From the IMG/VR virus record IMGVR_UViG_3300034062_005626: DNA of 64,000 nt. The stretch is one strand, 5' to 3'. Made by a program: the position numbers and the translations under genes. The notes below the pieces were generated by a model. That model searched no databases. It was not told the origin of the DNA and saw only the letters and a program-made list of their open reading frames with translations. Of this stretch, positions 10,730-19,991 are shown piece by piece. Every line of letters begins with the position of its first letter. The stretch's first letter is position 1. This DNA is from a virus (taxonomy: Duplodnaviria > Caudoviricetes).

Positions 10730-11197
10730 ATGAAAAATTTAGATTATATTATTAAAAAAGTAATTAGAGAGACACAAGAAGAAAATTCTTCAAGATATAT
10801 GTTCTTTTCTAATTTACAACAAATGAGAAGACAATGTGATATGTTGTTAGAGATGGACCATTCTATGATAGAAAACATTTTAGAAAATGGTCACGATTGG
10901 GCTCAAGACCATATTGCCGAAGCAAAAAATAACATGGACCAAGTATTTGACTTTTTAATGAATGAAACTAAAAAAGACAATATGAACATGTCTATGAATT
11001 TTGACAACGAAGATATAATGATGTCAGAAGGTAGAAAAAAAACCGGAACTAAATTATGTGCTCGTGGTAAGGCATCTGCAAAGGCAAAGTATGACGTGTA
11101 CCCCTCAGCTTACGCAAATGGCCACGCAATACAAGTATGTAAAGGTAAAGTAAAAGGGTTAGACGGTAAAAAAAGGTGTTCACCACCTTATTGTTAA
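10730..11197 (+). CDS. leader-bearing protein with basic Cys-rich C-terminal domain (AKAKYDVYPSAYA)
   Basis: Leader MKNLDYIIKKVIRE; C-terminal basic domain with 4 Cys of a kind seen in T4-like phages. Confidence 0.7.
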   Translation: MKNLDYIIKKVIRETQEENSSRYMFFSNLQQMRRQCDMLLEMDHSMIENILENGHDWAQDHIAEAKNNMDQVFDFLMNETKKDNMNMSMNFDNEDIMMSEGRKKTGTKLCARGKASAKAKYDVYPSAYANGHAIQVCKGKVKGLDGKKRCSPPYC

Positions 11198-11907
11198 ATA
11201 TTATTCAATATACGATTAATAATAATATCTAAGGACTCATTTTGGGTCCTTTTCTTTTTTGGTTTGTATGAAGTCATAATAGGTTTTTGACCTTTACCTG
11301 TTTGTGTGTCTTTGGACTCCGCCTTTCTTTTTTGTTGACAAGCCGCTCTTTTTTCTGAATCACTCATTTTACCCGCAACTCCAGCTGCTCTACATTTTGG
11401 GTATGCCCCTTTATTTGTATCAGGTCTACCACAAGGAGGATGTTTACCGTCGACTTTTCTACAAATATTAACCCATGGACCTTTTGGTTGGGATGAACCT
11501 TTTGGTTTTTTCTTTTTACCAAACCATACGGCCAAATCTTCATTAAGTGTAATTTTATCTAATTCTACCCATTCTTTTATGGGTACTATTTTTTTGTTTC
11601 TACCTGGTGTAGGATTGATTGGACCGCCTTCTTCATCACTAGGACGTGTATGTGTTTTATTATATTTATTTATTTTTTTTGATTTTTGTTCTAATCTTTT
11701 AATTTTATTTTTACTTGATTCCATAGAACCGTCGTAACTATCATATTCTAAATCAGCATTGTAATATTTTGATACTTTTTTAGTAAATGGGCCAAGTTCA
11801 TCATCATCCCAATCCATTTCACCCATTGTGAGAGGGCCATTATAATAACCTCCATATCTACTTGTACTGGCCTCTAATAATATTTTCTTTACAATTTTTT
11901 TAATCAT
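11194..11907 (-). CDS. leader-bearing protein with basic Cys-rich domain (WVNIC..PCGR..YPKC)
   Basis: Leader MIKKIVKKILLE; LNE|DLAVWF then a Lys/Cys-rich domain. Confidence 0.75.
   Translation of the reverse strand: MIKKIVKKILLEASTSRYGGYYNGPLTMGEMDWDDDELGPFTKKVSKYYNADLEYDSYDGSMESSKNKIKRLEQKSKKINKYNKTHTRPSDEEGGPINPTPGRNKKIVPIKEWVELDKITLNEDLAVWFGKKKKPKGSSQPKGPWVNICRKVDGKHPPCGRPDTNKGAYPKCRAAGVAGKMSDSEKRAACQQKRKAESKDTQTGKGQKPIMTSYKPKKKRTQNESLDIIINRILNNI
11231..11260 (+). terminator. probable intrinsic terminator embedded in antisense CDS
   Basis: AAGGACTC-ATTTT-GGGTCCTT hairpin followed by T-rich tract, about 35 nt after the stop of 10730..11197. Confidence 0.5.
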
Positions 11908-11930
11908 ATTAATAAATATTTGTTTAATAA

Positions 11931-11958
11931 AAAAAGGTCAGATTAATCTGACCTTTTT
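11931..11958. terminator. bidirectional intrinsic terminator after major capsid gene
   Basis: Perfect inverted repeat AAAAAGGTCAGAT-TA-ATCTGACCTTTTT. Confidence 0.85.
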
Positions 11959-11980
11959 CTTATATTAACCTTTAAATTGA

Positions 11981-13852
11981 TTATCTCAATTCGTTTAAGT
12001 CAAATGAACGAACTCCATCAACTGTGATACGTCCGTAGAAACGGTTATTAACCATTTTCTTAGCGTATCTTGTCATAATACCTTTGATAGGTGTAAAGTT
12101 GAATGGGTTGTACATTGTAGGTGTTAATTGTAGAGGTACATATGGTGCGTAAACGTAACCTGTATCTAACAATGACGTTCCTTTGTGTCCTAACAATACT
12201 TGGTTTGCTGGGAAGTAAGGGTCACGGTATACTTGGTAACGACCTGCTAATGTACCAACTCTTTCAATACCCATATTGTATTGGTCTTGCTCAGGAGATG
12301 CGTTAGATACGTGGAAGTATTCTAAGTCATCAAAGATTGCAGAAACCTCAGAAGAAACAACAATCCAGTTTGCTCCACCTCTCAAAGTAGATTTGTGGAT
12401 TTGTGCAGACAATTGGTTGATTGCCGTAATTAAAGTTTGGTTCCAGTCTTTTTGAGTATAAGAAGTTGTGTTAGACAATCTTCTCCATCCGTTGTAATCC
12501 CAACGTAAGTTCCAAGCCGCTCCTTTACGTAAGTCACGAAGAATTTCACGGTCAATCTCTGCAGCCACTTGCTCAGATAATAAAGCTGTTAATTCAGCCT
12601 CAGCGTCGATGTTATGGAATGCAGAAACGTCTTGTGCCAATTCAGGAGACCATTGTGCTCTTAGTTTTCTTTCTGTAACTGATACAGTAACTGACTCAAG
12701 GTCAAAAGAAACCTCACCAATTTGGTCTTCAAATTCTAATTCTTTGTAACGTCTCCAAGCGGCCATAATAATTGTGTTACCTTGAGTTCCTGACCAAGAA
12801 GATGCGGTTAAAGTTGCTCCTGAATATCCGTCGATTGTAGCTGCGTTAGTACAAGAAACACATACGGGTACTTGTGCGTCGATTTCTAAGTAGATAAATC
12901 CTGTTTGAGAACAAACGTTGTCATAGTAACCACCATTACCACCTGTAGATGATGTACCAAAAGGGGCTTGTGTTAAAGTTGAAGTAGGTCCTACGATTCC
13001 TTGTCCATACTTCTGAGTAACAACTCTATAAAGTAGTGGTGTGAAAGTAGACGTACCAAGGTTTGAAGCCGCTGTAGAATTTGGAGTATAAAGTACAAGA
13101 TTAGATAAGAAGGATTCTGTATCCATTTCTTGTCCATCAGGTCCAATAAGTTTTCCAAGACCAGCATTTGTAAATCCAGATAATGCAACTAAGATTTTTC
13201 TGTATTCTAAGTTACTAGATGTTGTATAAGCTGAAGCAACTAATGCTCCGCCAGACCAAGCAACTGTAGGTGTAAAACCTGTTACAGTTACGAATTGACC
13301 TTTTGAGTAATCAAACAAACCTGCTGGGTTTAATCCTGGTTCTGCTCCTTCATAAAATAAATCATAAAGATTTTTTTGGTACGTTGAATTGTAGTCACCA
13401 GTTCCTGTTGAGTATCCAGCTTGTGTGTTAGTGGACGGGTTACTTGGCGAACCAATAGGTGCATAATGGTCACCTGAAACAACTCCTACAGTGTTTGTAA
13501 TAACACCACCAGAATATCCTTGGATTTTAGGGATAAAGTAGAACAATTTACCGATAGGTAAGTTCATTGCTTGTACCGATACTAAATCATTAGCCAATAA
13601 TTTAGAGAATACACGTCTAACGATAGGGAAAACTACAGTTTCGAAAGAACCTGAACTATCTGAAGACGCAGCTTCGTTAATTAGGTGAGACGCTTGGTTT
13701 TCATATAACTGTGCCATGTTCTCTTTGATGTGTCCTTTAAGACCGTCTAGGAATCCTAATCTATCCCATTTGTTAATTGTATCTTCTTTGATAACTTTAA
13801 GGTGTTTTAACCCGATGTTACCAACAAGACCTGATTCTAATAATGCTCCCAT
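11981..13852 (-). CDS. major capsid protein (T4 gp23-like)
   Basis: VFPIVRRVF..L.ANDLVSVQAMNLPIG, ERKLRAQWSPELAQD, DAEAELTALLSEQVAAEIDREI, YVYAPYVPL, KGIMTRYA. Confidence 0.97.
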   Translation of the reverse strand: MGALLESGLVGNIGLKHLKVIKEDTINKWDRLGFLDGLKGHIKENMAQLYENQASHLINEAASSDSSGSFETVVFPIVRRVFSKLLANDLVSVQAMNLPIGKLFYFIPKIQGYSGGVITNTVGVVSGDHYAPIGSPSNPSTNTQAGYSTGTGDYNSTYQKNLYDLFYEGAEPGLNPAGLFDYSKGQFVTVTGFTPTVAWSGGALVASAYTTSSNLEYRKILVALSGFTNAGLGKLIGPDGQEMDTESFLSNLVLYTPNSTAASNLGTSTFTPLLYRVVTQKYGQGIVGPTSTLTQAPFGTSSTGGNGGYYDNVCSQTGFIYLEIDAQVPVCVSCTNAATIDGYSGATLTASSWSGTQGNTIIMAAWRRYKELEFEDQIGEVSFDLESVTVSVTERKLRAQWSPELAQDVSAFHNIDAEAELTALLSEQVAAEIDREILRDLRKGAAWNLRWDYNGWRRLSNTTSYTQKDWNQTLITAINQLSAQIHKSTLRGGANWIVVSSEVSAIFDDLEYFHVSNASPEQDQYNMGIERVGTLAGRYQVYRDPYFPANQVLLGHKGTSLLDTGYVYAPYVPLQLTPTMYNPFNFTPIKGIMTRYAKKMVNNRFYGRITVDGVRSFDLNELR

Positions 13853-13885
13853 TTTTTAATTTTTTTTAGAGTTTATTTTTATTTT

Positions 13886-15298
13886 TTATTTTATTTTGTT
13901 CATTAAATCCTTCATTCTCATAAATTGAGGATTTTCATAAGCTTTAGATTCAATCAAGTTTGATGCTGAACCATTACTTGGAGTTTTAACAACTTTTTGT
14001 GCAATTGATTCGTTCATCATAGAACTTGGTGACTCACCAATTTCTTCTTTGATTGTTCTGTAAAGTGATTTTGATTCTTTCAAAGATTCAACAGTGTCAA
14101 ATCTTCTTAAGATGTTGATTTTTTCTTGTTTTGTTGTTGAGTGTTCTGTAAACAATCTAGTAGCGTAAGCCAAATTAGAATTGAAAATTGCAACTTCATT
14201 TAATTTATTTCTAAAAAAGTCTAATGCTTTTCTATACTCTTCATTTTTTTCTCTTAAAGATTCCAATTCACGAGATTCAAACGTTAAATTTCTGTTTGGT
14301 GTGATTCCCTTTCTTAAACCTCTACCTTTTTTAGAACCATTTCCATAAGTTCTAGCAGCTTCAGTTGCTTCAACGTCATCATCTTCCTCTTCGTCCATCC
14401 ATCCGTCTGAAATTTCATCTTCGCCTGTTTCAGTAACACCGTGTTTCAATTTTGAAGGATAAATATTGGTTTTAAGTTTTCCAATTTTACCTTTCGCTTT
14501 AAACGCCTCAACAACATTTTCAAGTGATTCTTGGTCGATTTCATAAACTTCTTCATCCATGCCCATATCTTCGTTATAGTCCATTTCATCCATGTACGTT
14601 TCATCCATGCCCATTTCTTCGTTATAGTCCATTTCATCCATGTACGTTTCATCCATGCCCATTTCTTCGTTATAGTCCATTTCATCCATGTACGTTTCAT
14701 CCATGCCCATATCTTCGTTATAGTCCATTTCATTCGACATCGAATCGTCTTCAAAAACCAACTCATATGTTGTATTTTCAGCCATGTTTTCGACAGGTTG
14801 TTCTGTTGGCATTTCAGGTTCGTCAACTTCCATACTGATTAGATATTCGGTATTTGCTTTACCGTCTTTCAAGTGAACATAGTTTCCATCTTTTTGAATG
14901 ATAAAACCGTCCTCATCTCCCATCGCTTTGAAAACTTTCATAACGTCGGACATTGGTGATTTTGTCATATCAAGTGGAGGTAGTTCTTCAGTTGGACCTT
15001 CAGGAGCTCCTTCCATACCATTATCAGTACTTGGTGCCGGTAGTGCTTCCACTTCCTCTTCACCTGATACTTCTACTTCTTCTCCTTCTTCTTCTGAACC
15101 TTGTGGTTGTTCACCACCTTGTGCTTGTTCTTTTAAGGATTTTTTGGAACCCATTATAGATTCCCTTACTAATTCGCCGATTTCTTGTTTCATGGTTGAA
15201 GCAAGTATTCCTTTTGCATTTTCACTAATCGCCTCTTCGATAGACTTCATTTGTAATAAAGCCTCCTCTACTAACGATTCTGATTTTCTGTTACTCAT
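13886..15298 (-). CDS. prohead core scaffolding protein (gp22-like)
   Basis: Acidic, coiled-coil, between protease and MCP; many (I/L/V/M)-x-E sites; C-terminal NEVAIFNSNLAYATRLF segment. Confidence 0.8.
   Translation of the reverse strand: MSNRKSESLVEEALLQMKSIEEAISENAKGILASTMKQEIGELVRESIMGSKKSLKEQAQGGEQPQGSEEEGEEVEVSGEEEVEALPAPSTDNGMEGAPEGPTEELPPLDMTKSPMSDVMKVFKAMGDEDGFIIQKDGNYVHLKDGKANTEYLISMEVDEPEMPTEQPVENMAENTTYELVFEDDSMSNEMDYNEDMGMDETYMDEMDYNEEMGMDETYMDEMDYNEEMGMDETYMDEMDYNEDMGMDEEVYEIDQESLENVVEAFKAKGKIGKLKTNIYPSKLKHGVTETGEDEISDGWMDEEEDDDVEATEAARTYGNGSKKGRGLRKGITPNRNLTFESRELESLREKNEEYRKALDFFRNKLNEVAIFNSNLAYATRLFTEHSTTKQEKINILRRFDTVESLKESKSLYRTIKEEIGESPSSMMNESIAQKVVKTPSNGSASNLIESKAYENPQFMRMKDLMNKIK
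14552..14733 (-). repeat. 48-bp tandem repeat (about 3.8 copies) encoding EMDYNE(D/E)MGMDETYMD
   Basis: Units start at 14552, 14600, 14648, 14696; nearly identical. Confidence 0.95.
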
Positions 15299-15393
15299 TT
15301 AAAAAAGCATATAATTTTGCGTTTATTTTTATAATAAATATATCTATATTCCAAAAAGTTTGTTTTTTATATGAAAAACCGTTAAAAAATAAA

Positions 15394-15416
15394 AAAGGTC
15401 CCTTTTGGGGACCTTT
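15394..15416 (-). terminator. intrinsic terminator
   Basis: AAAGGTCCC...GGGACCTTT hairpin flanked by A/T tracts downstream of 15438..15647. Confidence 0.75.
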
Positions 15417-15437
15417 ATAAAAATGTTAAGAATTTTT

Positions 15438-15647
15438 TTATTCAATAACTTCGTCAATTTTACTTTCAACTATTGCAGTGATTCTCCAATCCATTGAGTA
15501 ACTTTCATAAGCTTTAGTTACTTTAGCCTCAACGTCTGTTGGTGAAAAACCTTTAACCAATTTTTCTTCTCTCATTTTTTTGATTTTACCTGTGTTGTCA
15601 TCAACCATATCAGTTGTGATTTTTGCTACAAAATACTTTTCGTCCAT
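15438..15647 (-). CDS. small hypothetical protein in head module
   Basis: 69-aa ORF tiling between protease and scaffold. Confidence 0.8.
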   Translation of the reverse strand: MDEKYFVAKITTDMVDDNTGKIKKMREEKLVKGFSPTDVEAKVTKAYESYSMDWRITAIVESKIDEVIE

Positions 15648-15659
15648 AATTTAATTTTT

Positions 15660-16370
15660 TTACTTTCCTAAATAATCGGACAATCTTTTCATTAAGTCAA
15701 CAGATTTTTCTAATCCACCACCACTAACTGAAGTATTATCATGTTCTGCCAATTTTTCTTCATATCTTGGTCTATCTTCAGCGTTCAAATAAAGATAAGC
15801 TCCTGGTGTAGATGGTGATGATACAAGGTCAAAACAAATTAATTCAAAATCCTCCTGTACCTCATTTTGGTCTCCTTTTTTTACTAAAGACCCGACCCCA
15901 CGAGAAGATACTCCCATAGTGACTCCTTGTCTCATAAGATTTGCTGCAACATCTCCCTTAGATGTTACAATTCCTCTTTCGTGAAAACCGGGACTTGTTA
16001 ATAATTTAATTTTTCCCATCAATACATTTCCTTCCCACCACGTTTCAGTTATAAGGTGAGAAACTCTATCTAAATCCACTAAAGAAGATTCGGGGTGATT
16101 TAATTCAGAAATTGACATTCCTTTTTTAATGACCTCTTGATATTTTTCAGCCTCTCTTTTTAATATTTTTTCAGGGTATACTCTACCGTTTCTATTTGGA
16201 ACTCCCCATTTTTGAAGTGTTGCATAAAAAACAAACGGTTTAGAATGGTCTAACTGACCATAAGATTCTCTAATCAAATTTTGGTTTCTTGGTTCATTTG
16301 GATTTATAATACCAGCATCCCATTCAACTAGAATCCCTTTACCCGTGTCTTTTGGTCCTAAAATTTTCAT
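15660..16370 (-). CDS. prohead core protease (T4 gp21-like)
   Basis: NRNGRVYP, ELNHPES (catalytic His), GVSSRGVGS (catalytic Ser), FDLVSSPSTPGA. Confidence 0.95.
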   Translation of the reverse strand: MKILGPKDTGKGILVEWDAGIINPNEPRNQNLIRESYGQLDHSKPFVFYATLQKWGVPNRNGRVYPEKILKREAEKYQEVIKKGMSISELNHPESSLVDLDRVSHLITETWWEGNVLMGKIKLLTSPGFHERGIVTSKGDVAANLMRQGVTMGVSSRGVGSLVKKGDQNEVQEDFELICFDLVSSPSTPGAYLYLNAEDRPRYEEKLAEHDNTSVSGGGLEKSVDLMKRLSDYLGK

Positions 16371-16390
16371 AATATTTTTATTGATAAATA

Positions 16391-16840
16391 TTATATTTCT
16401 TCTATTTGTGCTGATTTAGTTTTACTTAATGTGAAATAAAGTGAATTTTTTAAGTCATCCACATATATTGATTGGAAAATATTTTTTATTTTTGACCTTA
16501 AAAGAATTGATTTGAAATCGTATGATTGGTTGTGAATAAACAATGTAATTTCTAAATTCAAAAAACTTTTTTTATTTTTTTGTAATCCACTTGTTCTTAA
16601 ATCTAAGTCAACTATACACTTCTTTTCAAAAATTTTGTGGTCAACAACTTCTAACAGTGTGTGTAGAATTTGTCTTTTTATACTACCTGTAATTGATGTC
16701 CAATTACTGTAATCATCTTTTGGTTCGACCCATGTTTGTAAAATTAAATAAATTGATTTGAAATTTTTGGAATCGACTGTTCCGTACTGACATTTTGCAT
16801 CATCAAAAATGTTTAATTTTGATGTTTTTCCTTTCTTCAT
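16391..16840 (-). CDS. hypothetical protein
   Basis: 149-aa ORF divergent from bS21. Confidence 0.75.
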   Translation of the reverse strand: MKKGKTSKLNIFDDAKCQYGTVDSKNFKSIYLILQTWVEPKDDYSNWTSITGSIKRQILHTLLEVVDHKIFEKKCIVDLDLRTSGLQKNKKSFLNLEITLFIHNQSYDFKSILLRSKIKNIFQSIYVDDLKNSLYFTLSKTKSAQIEEI

Positions 16841-16944
16841 TGTTCATATGTAAGAGGTTTATTTTTTTTAATTATAACAATTATAAAAGAATTTGTCAAA
16901 ACATAAAAAAATTAGTATATTTATTTTAAAAAAAGAAAAAAAAT

Positions 16945-17136
16945 ATGATTATTATCGAAGTTAAAAAAAATAATATTGAGCAAGCATTAAAACAATATAA
17001 ACTCAAGATATACAAAACAAAACAACTTGAGCATTTAAGAGACAGACAAGAATTTGAGAAAAAGTCCGTTAAGTCGAGAAAGAAAAAAATAAAGGCGGTT
17101 TATATACAAAAAATTAAAAATCAACTTTCTTCTTGA
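16945..17136 (+). CDS. rpsU: ribosomal protein bS21
   Basis: MIIIEVK..NIEQALKQYKLK...LRDRQEFEKKSVKSRKK..KAVYIQ matches the Bacteroidota bS21 pattern. Confidence 0.9.
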   Translation: MIIIEVKKNNIEQALKQYKLKIYKTKQLEHLRDRQEFEKKSVKSRKKKIKAVYIQKIKNQLSS

Positions 17137-17369
17137 TTTTTATTATCCTTTTTTTTGTTGGTAAAAAAATCTACGGATGTCAATCCTAAAGTCCCAAACG
17201 CTAATAATCCAATTGTTTCTATTAAAATTTCAGGAGCCTCATATCTTCCACAACTAAATAAAGAAACGAATAAAGATATTATTAAAGAAAAAGTACATAA
17301 TAGACCAATAAATCTTTTAGAGGATATGCCACCGTTTGCCCCCTCCATCATGTTTTTAAAAAATTTCAT
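17121..17369 (-). CDS. two-TM membrane protein, possible holin
   Basis: Two hydrophobic segments after ISSKR, charged C-tail. Confidence 0.5.
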   Translation of the reverse strand: MKFFKNMMEGANGGISSKRFIGLLCTFSLIISLFVSLFSCGRYEAPEILIETIGLLAFGTLGLTSVDFFTNKKKDNKNQEES

Positions 17370-18106
17370 TATAAACCTTCTTGGAGTTGTCTTAACTTAT
17401 AGTAATTGTAAAAATCAACAGGTGAGTTTTGTATTTTGGTTACAGTTTTTTCAATTGTATTTTTTAAATCACTTTCAGTAGACTCGTTTATTTTTACTTT
17501 TAAGTTTTCAATAATACATTCCTTTAAGTTTTCCATTCTATTTTCTAACTCAGTTTTAGATAGAGAAACTATTTCTTTAATATCATTTTTTTCACTTTCT
17601 GACAAATTAGTAATTTCATCATTAAGTTTTGAGTTTGCAACTTTCAACATAGTCTCTAAAGGTAAGTTGATAGATTCTTTGATGGTTACTTCTTTTTTAG
17701 GTGTAGATAAAGTTTTAGATATTTGTTTTTTTGATTCTAAAATATTTTCAAGATTTTTAATAGAATTGTTATAAATCACATTATCGATTGTTTCGTAAAT
17801 ATTTTTTACATCCCCATGTAAATTGATTCTATTAATCCATGAATTAATTCTACTTAATTCTTTATTATTATTTTCAACCAAAATTTGTGAGTACTCTACA
17901 GACTCATTAATATAGTCATTAACTAAGTCTACTGATATACCTTTATTTTCTGTCAAATCATTATAGATATAATAAAGTTCCGCAATGTCTTTATTTTCCA
18001 AAACAATCTTTTTGAATTGATTGCTGAAAAATTTAAACTCATCCTTACCATATAAGTTAATGAAAGTTTCGTCTATTTTAGTTTTTATTTCACCAAAAGT
18101 TGCCAT
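17369..18106 (-). CDS. hypothetical head-module protein
   Basis: 245-aa helical ORF downstream of portal with multiple INE/IKE/LSE sites. Confidence 0.75.
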   Translation of the reverse strand: MATFGEIKTKIDETFINLYGKDEFKFFSNQFKKIVLENKDIAELYYIYNDLTENKGISVDLVNDYINESVEYSQILVENNNKELSRINSWINRINLHGDVKNIYETIDNVIYNNSIKNLENILESKKQISKTLSTPKKEVTIKESINLPLETMLKVANSKLNDEITNLSESEKNDIKEIVSLSKTELENRMENLKECIIENLKVKINESTESDLKNTIEKTVTKIQNSPVDFYNYYKLRQLQEGL

Positions 18107-18128
18107 ATCTATTTTTTTAGATAAATAC

Positions 18129-19958
18129 TTACTTGTTTAATAATTTATTTATTTTGTCATCAATTTCATTGATAGATAATCTACCTTTTGATAAATCTAA
18201 TGTATTATCTCTATCAAAAAGTGTGTTTTCCAAAATTAAATTTAAATCATTTCTGTTAAAATTTTCAGGAGTTACTGCCCCACCTTCTGCGGGTGGTGGT
18301 GGTGGTGCTCCACCTCCAGCTTCAGGAGGTGCTCCTCCTTCTTCAGGTGGCATTCCTCCACCTTCAGGTGCTGCTCCACCTTCAGCAGGTGCTCCACCTG
18401 CTGACGCTTCATCTTTTTTACCATAAAGTGAATCAAGAGTATCGAATAAACCTGTTTTAGTTATAACTTCTGCTGTTTTACCAAGTTCTGCAGATACAGC
18501 TCTTTCAATTCTTTGTTGTTGTAAATCAAGTCTAATTTCATCATCAGAAAATCCAAGAATATGTTTTTTGGCCCATGATGCCGATACAGGGGCAACACTA
18601 TCTTGAATTGGCGCAACCGCATCTTTAAATAATGTTATTTTTTCTTTCCATAATTCTATACCTAATAAATCAGATTGTTTAGATGGGTTGGTTAATCCAA
18701 GTGTAAAATTGGTTAATTCATCTTCGAACCCTAATAGAAACAAATGAATGATTGCGATTTTATTTAATTCTGCAATCATAGATTTTTGAATCCTATTGAT
18801 TGTTCTAGCAAATCTAATATCTAATAGTGATAAATTTTTACCATCACCAACAGCCTCTTCAAATCCTAAATACGCTTTAGGTATTCTTAATGCCGTAACA
18901 AGTTTCTTTTGGATATATTCAATATCAGCAATTTCCGCTAAGTTTTTAGCCCCATCTAATGTTTCAATAGGATTAGTTGCTGCTGGGTCTCTAACAGGGA
19001 TAAAATAATCTTGGTCTACCGCCATTTGATTAAATCTCATGTCAACATTTCCTGTTTTTTGGTCTACAATTTGGTCTCTTTTGAATTTATTAGCAACTCT
19101 TTGTACGTAAGCATCCACATCTTTGTCATCCATATTACCCACAAATACTTTAAACACCCGTCTTTCAGGTGCTCTTGACACTCGGTAAATTAACATCGCA
19201 TCTTCAGATAAAAGTAATTGTTTCCAAATACGACGAGCTTTTTCTAACATTGATGTACCATACGGTAATTTTCTATCGTCACCTAATATTCTAAAGTGAC
19301 CTATCTCCCATGTGTTAAATTCCATGTTTTTTTCTTTCCATGTGAATTTAAGAGCGTCATTTTCAATTTCTGCTGAATATTTTTCAGGTTGAAATTTCAT
19401 CCCTTTTTCTAATCTTTCTATTTGGATATTGGGTAATTGTTGACAACCTACAACTCCTCTTTCGGGGTCTAATTTTAAATAAACAAAATTATCACCAAAC
19501 TTACAAGTGTTTCTAATCCACATTGGTAAGTTTGTATTAATATCCAATTTGTTATTAAACAAATCGGTTAAAACTGATTTAATTCTTTTTGATTCAGAAT
19601 AGATTTGTAAAATGTGCCCGTCTTTATCAGGTGTTGTCGACTCTTCAGCATAAATGTCTAATGCTGCTGAAATTTCGGGGGTATATTCCATGGATTCATA
19701 ATCATAATATGATGCCATTCTTGTTGGTTCATAATAAACCGCCTGTTGATAAAGATTACTTTCTACTTTTTGCCACTGTTGACCAATATACATGGTCTGT
19801 TGAGCTTGAAGTTTTTCTTTTTCAAATTCTTGTTTGTTTGGTGTTTTTAATAATTCTTTTTTATCGAATTTAAAAACGGGTGATTGTTGGTCAATTGTTG
19901 AATTAGGTCCAAAAACTCTACCTAATCTTTGCCAAACTGTATATTTTTCTTCTGCCAT
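18129..19958 (-). CDS. portal protein (T4 gp20-like)
   Basis: YESMEYTPEISAALDIYAEE, PYGTSMLEKARRIWKQL, YRVSRAPERRVF, EYIQKKLVTALRIP; Gly/Pro-rich C-tail. Confidence 0.95.
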   Translation of the reverse strand: MAEEKYTVWQRLGRVFGPNSTIDQQSPVFKFDKKELLKTPNKQEFEKEKLQAQQTMYIGQQWQKVESNLYQQAVYYEPTRMASYYDYESMEYTPEISAALDIYAEESTTPDKDGHILQIYSESKRIKSVLTDLFNNKLDINTNLPMWIRNTCKFGDNFVYLKLDPERGVVGCQQLPNIQIERLEKGMKFQPEKYSAEIENDALKFTWKEKNMEFNTWEIGHFRILGDDRKLPYGTSMLEKARRIWKQLLLSEDAMLIYRVSRAPERRVFKVFVGNMDDKDVDAYVQRVANKFKRDQIVDQKTGNVDMRFNQMAVDQDYFIPVRDPAATNPIETLDGAKNLAEIADIEYIQKKLVTALRIPKAYLGFEEAVGDGKNLSLLDIRFARTINRIQKSMIAELNKIAIIHLFLLGFEDELTNFTLGLTNPSKQSDLLGIELWKEKITLFKDAVAPIQDSVAPVSASWAKKHILGFSDDEIRLDLQQQRIERAVSAELGKTAEVITKTGLFDTLDSLYGKKDEASAGGAPAEGGAAPEGGGMPPEEGGAPPEAGGGAPPPPPAEGGAVTPENFNRNDLNLILENTLFDRDNTLDLSKGRLSINEIDDKINKLLNK

Positions 19959-19991
19959 TTTATTTTTTAAAATAGTTCATTTTATAATATT

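Noticed and set aside
14552-14733. Possible CRISPR array
   Set aside because: Units are contiguous with no unique spacers, in frame within a CDS, and no cas genes are present.
14446-14842. Repetitive ORFs 14446..14826, 14524..14838, 14531..14842
   Set aside because: Alternate-frame readings of the 48-bp scaffold repeat.
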